DNA from: Promethearchaeota archaeon
GTDB taxonomy: Archaea > Asgardarchaeota > Lokiarchaeia > Sigyniarchaeales > SOKP01
Length of the DNA: 45,400 bases
Direction of reading: 5' to 3'
Assembly (NCBI GenBank): GCA_029838195.1
Contig: JALGVJ010000041.1
Location: forward strand, 1 to 45,400
The notes under the pieces were generated by a model. That model had not been told where the DNA came from. It did no database searches and was given only the letters and a program-made list of their open reading frames with translations. Made by a program: the position numbers and the translations under genes. Below, piece by piece: positions 42,088 to 45,400 of the stretch. How positions within the stretch are numbered: the first letter of the stretch is position 1; each line of letters begins with the position of its first letter.

Positions 42088-43509
42088 CTACCTAAAAGAT
42101 TTTCCGATTAATTCCCATATAGTAAGCATGGTAGGAAATTCCAAATGAACCGGTTTAACTATTAAAAATTGCCCAAATGCCCCCATTATTTCTTCAATTT
42201 CTAAATGGATTGCTTGATTTTTACTTTTGTCAAATGTGCTAAAGAATTTCTCCTGATTAAAAAAACCCAGTTCCGGATGCTCCGCTACATCATTCAAAAC
42301 CTTATCAAAATAATGTACCCATCCCCCTTTCTCCAATACAAGTTCCTCTAATCTCCTAATTACTCGATGATTTTCTAAATAACTTCTCAAATTCTCACTT
42401 AATGGCGTAAAACCATCCATGATATCGTGATAATCCACAATTTCAAGCTCGTGATGCTCCAAAATCCTTCTTATCAACTCTATCAAGAACGTTATTGAAG
42501 GCATTAACCACTCGTGAATCCGCTGTTTTACTACAAATCTCATATCTTGACTCCAATAACTCAATAATATCCATTCATTTACCGTAAATGAAGAAGAACC
42601 TCTCAAAAATCCACACCCATTTAAAATTCGCACTTGTCTTCTTAGCTCCCCCATTGCGCTCCAAGATGACCCGTTAATTGAAGCATTATAACTCTTGACA
42701 TACCGCTCTATCTCCTGTTGAACTTCTGATATTACTCCCGAAAGTAATGGTAAATTTAATATCTGCTTACTTCGCCCTAAAATCACCCCAAATAACCCTC
42801 CATTCCAAATCATTTGATATTTTATACTATCCAATGAGCCTATCAATATCTTCAATCTACAACTATCTTCTATTAATAATCCAATCCCATGATTTTTCAA
42901 ACACGGATTCAAAAGCTCCGGATCTAAAGGAAATTGACAACGCGGATTAAATATGTCCTCACAAAGCCCTTTCCACTGCCGATTAAACCCCTTGCCCCTA
43001 GTATCACTCTCCTCCTCATAATATTCATCAATAAAATCTCCTTGACCAAAAAATTCTTTCACACTACCATGATGACCTCCAGTTTTAGCATCACCATTCA
43101 AAGCCAAACTCCCACGTAACAAGCCCTCCAAACATTCCCAATACCCATGATATACCTTGGAAAAACAGCTGGAACAAAGGGCCACGGGAATGCCACGTGT
43201 CTTGAATAAGTCACCTACTTTTAATTCTTTAAAACAACCAGAACAATATCGTCCCTCAGATAACAACACGCTCACGGGACCAAAAAAAAATGATAACTGC
43301 GATGCCTCCCCCTCCCTAACGACATCTATATACGGATACCAACAACCATCATGCGGTTTATACACGATCCGCTTTATCACGCTCCTCGGATATAAATAAT
43401 CCATCATGCCCTCATGAAATACCCCATCCCACGCACTATACTGTGCTCTTGCCTCCTCGCCTAACTCCCTCTCCAATTCCGCTTTTATTGATAAATTCGA
43501 CTCCAACAT
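42088..43509 (-). CDS. Divergent DUF2797-like Cys-rich (Zn-finger) protein
   Basis: CSGC...CSSCF...C...C..C...CLKNH, LKI, and C-terminal GAFGQFLI...LIG follow the DUF2797 motif order (recognised from memory of the family). Confidence 0.55.
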   Translation of the reverse strand: MLESNLSIKAELERELGEEARAQYSAWDGVFHEGMMDYLYPRSVIKRIVYKPHDGCWYPYIDVVREGEASQLSFFFGPVSVLLSEGRYCSGCFKELKVGDLFKTRGIPVALCSSCFSKVYHGYWECLEGLLRGSLALNGDAKTGGHHGSVKEFFGQGDFIDEYYEEESDTRGKGFNRQWKGLCEDIFNPRCQFPLDPELLNPCLKNHGIGLLIEDSCRLKILIGSLDSIKYQMIWNGGLFGVILGRSKQILNLPLLSGVISEVQQEIERYVKSYNASINGSSWSAMGELRRQVRILNGCGFLRGSSSFTVNEWILLSYWSQDMRFVVKQRIHEWLMPSITFLIELIRRILEHHELEIVDYHDIMDGFTPLSENLRSYLENHRVIRRLEELVLEKGGWVHYFDKVLNDVAEHPELGFFNQEKFFSTFDKSKNQAIHLEIEEIMGAFGQFLIVKPVHLEFPTMLTIWELIGKSFR

Positions 43510-43994
43510 TATTTCTACTCCCTAATCCCTCCTACCATGTTCAAATAACTCCTTTGAATTTTATTTTAAATTCCACCATTTAGAATCTGCCACCTCATCA
43601 ATCTCATATAATGTGACCTCCTTTTCACACACCACATTCCTTCCCTCTCACTTTAATTGAAAAATTTTATTATTTCTCCTAATAATATATACCTAAATAC
43701 GCACACGATTTGCGCCGACAAATCTCTATCATCCTTTATTACCACCCATTCAAATCTTCTTCTTTGCGTCTTCTCCGCCTCCTTCTTGCTACTTCTCGAT
43801 CTTCCTTATTAACCACTTAATAAAAGAATTTATTTTTAAATTTTTTCCTCTTCTTATTCCCCATTAGAATCTCGCTAAAACAAAAATCCTCCCATTAATC
43901 AATAAATCCACATCGAGCAGTAAATATATTAAAGTAAAGCCCATTCTACTTCACTTTAAACCCCCAAAACCAATTCTTGCTCCCTAATTTCCTA

Positions 43995-44225
43995 CTTCCT
44001 CCTTTTTTCCCATTCCCCAATTCGAACAAGCTCTTCTTTTCACTTTCCATTCCTCACCCCCATCCCATCTCCCATTTTTATTTTTAAACTATTTAAATAT
44101 TTCCGAGCACCACCCACCTCCCCCTTTTTAAAAGCGCGAACTTGCTAAAAAAATCTTCACTTCTCGATGAAAAAAATCCTAAAAATTAAAATTGAAGCAA
44201 AGTTGATTAAACGATCTCCTAGGAG
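43995..44225 (+). repeat. Degenerate third copy of the distal leader segment
   Basis: Colinear similarity to 5281-5495 and 44472-44660 (caagctc, tttaaatatt..cgagca, aaaatt.aag, ttgat..aacgatct). Confidence 0.7.
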
Positions 44226-44471
44226 ATAAATGAAAACCATCCATTATGGTACTCACATTAAAATTCGAAAACGGACACATCTCCTTCCCAAAACCAGCCT
44301 GAATTATCCATTCAATCGATTTATATCCTATTATCATTATTATATTCTAAAAATAAATTTCTCCAAATTTAATCTTCCCAAATCATGAATTCTTGATGAA
44401 TTTCCTCATATAACCCCATATCAATAAGAATTTAATAACCATTAAATTTTTTCCAATATCTCCGATGGGAA

Positions 44472-45059
44472 AAGCTCCTCAATTCACCTCCCATTATTCA
44501 CCCTCTTTCAAATCCCCATTTTCATATTTAAAGTATTTAAATATTTTCGAGCAACACCCCACTCCCATTTATAAAGGAAAAAAATCATTAAATAAATCTC
44601 CTTGCTACCATTATAAAAATTCGAAAAATCAAAATTAAAGCCAAATTGATCGAACGATCTTTCGTTAAATCAATGCTACATGCCCATCAGGATGCTCATG
44701 ATAAAATTCTGAAATGGGCGATTCTCCTCCCTGAATTGATTCCCTTTCAACCTTCTTTCATGAAAAAAACCCTTGCTCGCCATTCTCCAAGAAGCACTTT
44801 TTGTCGAGGATCCTTTATTAAGAACTCGATCGATCGGTAATGCTCGACCACTTGATGAAAAAATCGAAATCAAAAATATTAAAGGAAGCTCTAATATCAC
44901 TAAAATATTGCTGGAAACCGACTTAATTAAAATCTATAAATCAAGATTGACCAACTCCAGATGAAAGGATTATTGTTCTTGAAAACGGCGGGATGATCAT
45001 GAAAAAATAGGAAAAAATTTATATAGGAGATTTATATTATATATTATAAATATATAATA
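44472..45059 (+). promoter_or_regulatory. CRISPR leader 2, with TATA box at 45018-45025
   Basis: Homologous to leader 1; last 42 nt identical. Confidence 0.88.
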
Positions 45060-45400
45060 GTCGCAAAGGAATAAGCTTCAAATAGAAGATTGAAATTGTT
45101 CCCATATTAATTCGTCAAGCTCGTTAGCCACTGCGTCGCAAAGGAATAAGCTTCAAATAGAAGATTGAAATGATGAGCAAGACCGAGAGAGAATTGATTT
45201 GGTCTCTTAATGTCGCAAAGGAATAAGCTTCAAATAGAAGATTGAAATCGTATTTGATGATAAAGGGAATTTATTGACTTTAGGCAGTCGCAAAGGAATA
45301 AGCTTCAAATAGAAGATTGAAATTATTATTGATGATGTAATCTGGAATCTCTATCTTGAAGTCGCAAAGGAATAAGCTTCAAATAGAAGATTGAAATTGT
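45060..45400 (+). CRISPR. CRISPR array 2 (5 repeats visible, truncated by window end); repeat GTCGCAAAGGAATAAGCTTCAAATAGAAGATTGAAAT
   Basis: Repeats at 45060, 45135, 45212, 45287, 45361; T at positions 13 and 37. Confidence 0.98.

Noticed and set aside
16436-43399. Short antisense or nested ORFs inside cas genes (e.g. 18025, 22138, 25762, 27834, 43157)
   Set aside because: They overlap well-supported genes and carry no motifs
44646-44840. Leader ORF that is also open in leader 1 (~5480-5660)
   Set aside because: Differences between copies are mostly non-synonymous, so conservation appears to be at the DNA level
45249-45286. Array 2 spacer 3 resembling cas7 at ~31182-31211 (self-targeting?)
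   Set aside because: Several mismatches plus a gap in AT-rich sequence; compatible with chance

Overview
AT-rich, most likely archaeal window (TATA-box leaders, GGTGA/GGAG RBS, TM1812-type Csx1, DUF6293 regulator; an Asgard-like host is possible but only inferred). It is almost entirely one large CRISPR-Cas island. From left to right: a decayed defence region (HExxH protein fused to a dCTP-deaminase tail, McrC remnant), a thiolase, a ~590-bp leader and a 118-repeat array, a type III-A csm operon with an inserted HEAT-repeat/DUF4145-like gene, cas6, convergent csx1 with a small CARF-like/wHTH gene, a type I-B operon, a CARF-wHTH regulator, a second cas6, an adaptation operon, and a second leader plus array that runs off the right edge. 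The most unusual points are three. (1) The I-B Cas8 is split and followed by a stand-alone protein that appears to be three fused Cas11 domains. (2) cas1-cas2-cas4 is flanked in its operon by a divergent DUF2797-like Zn-finger protein and a beta-CASP nuclease. (3) Each interference operon carries an inserted HEPN-superfamily gene. All family calls come from motif recognition by eye, with no database search.
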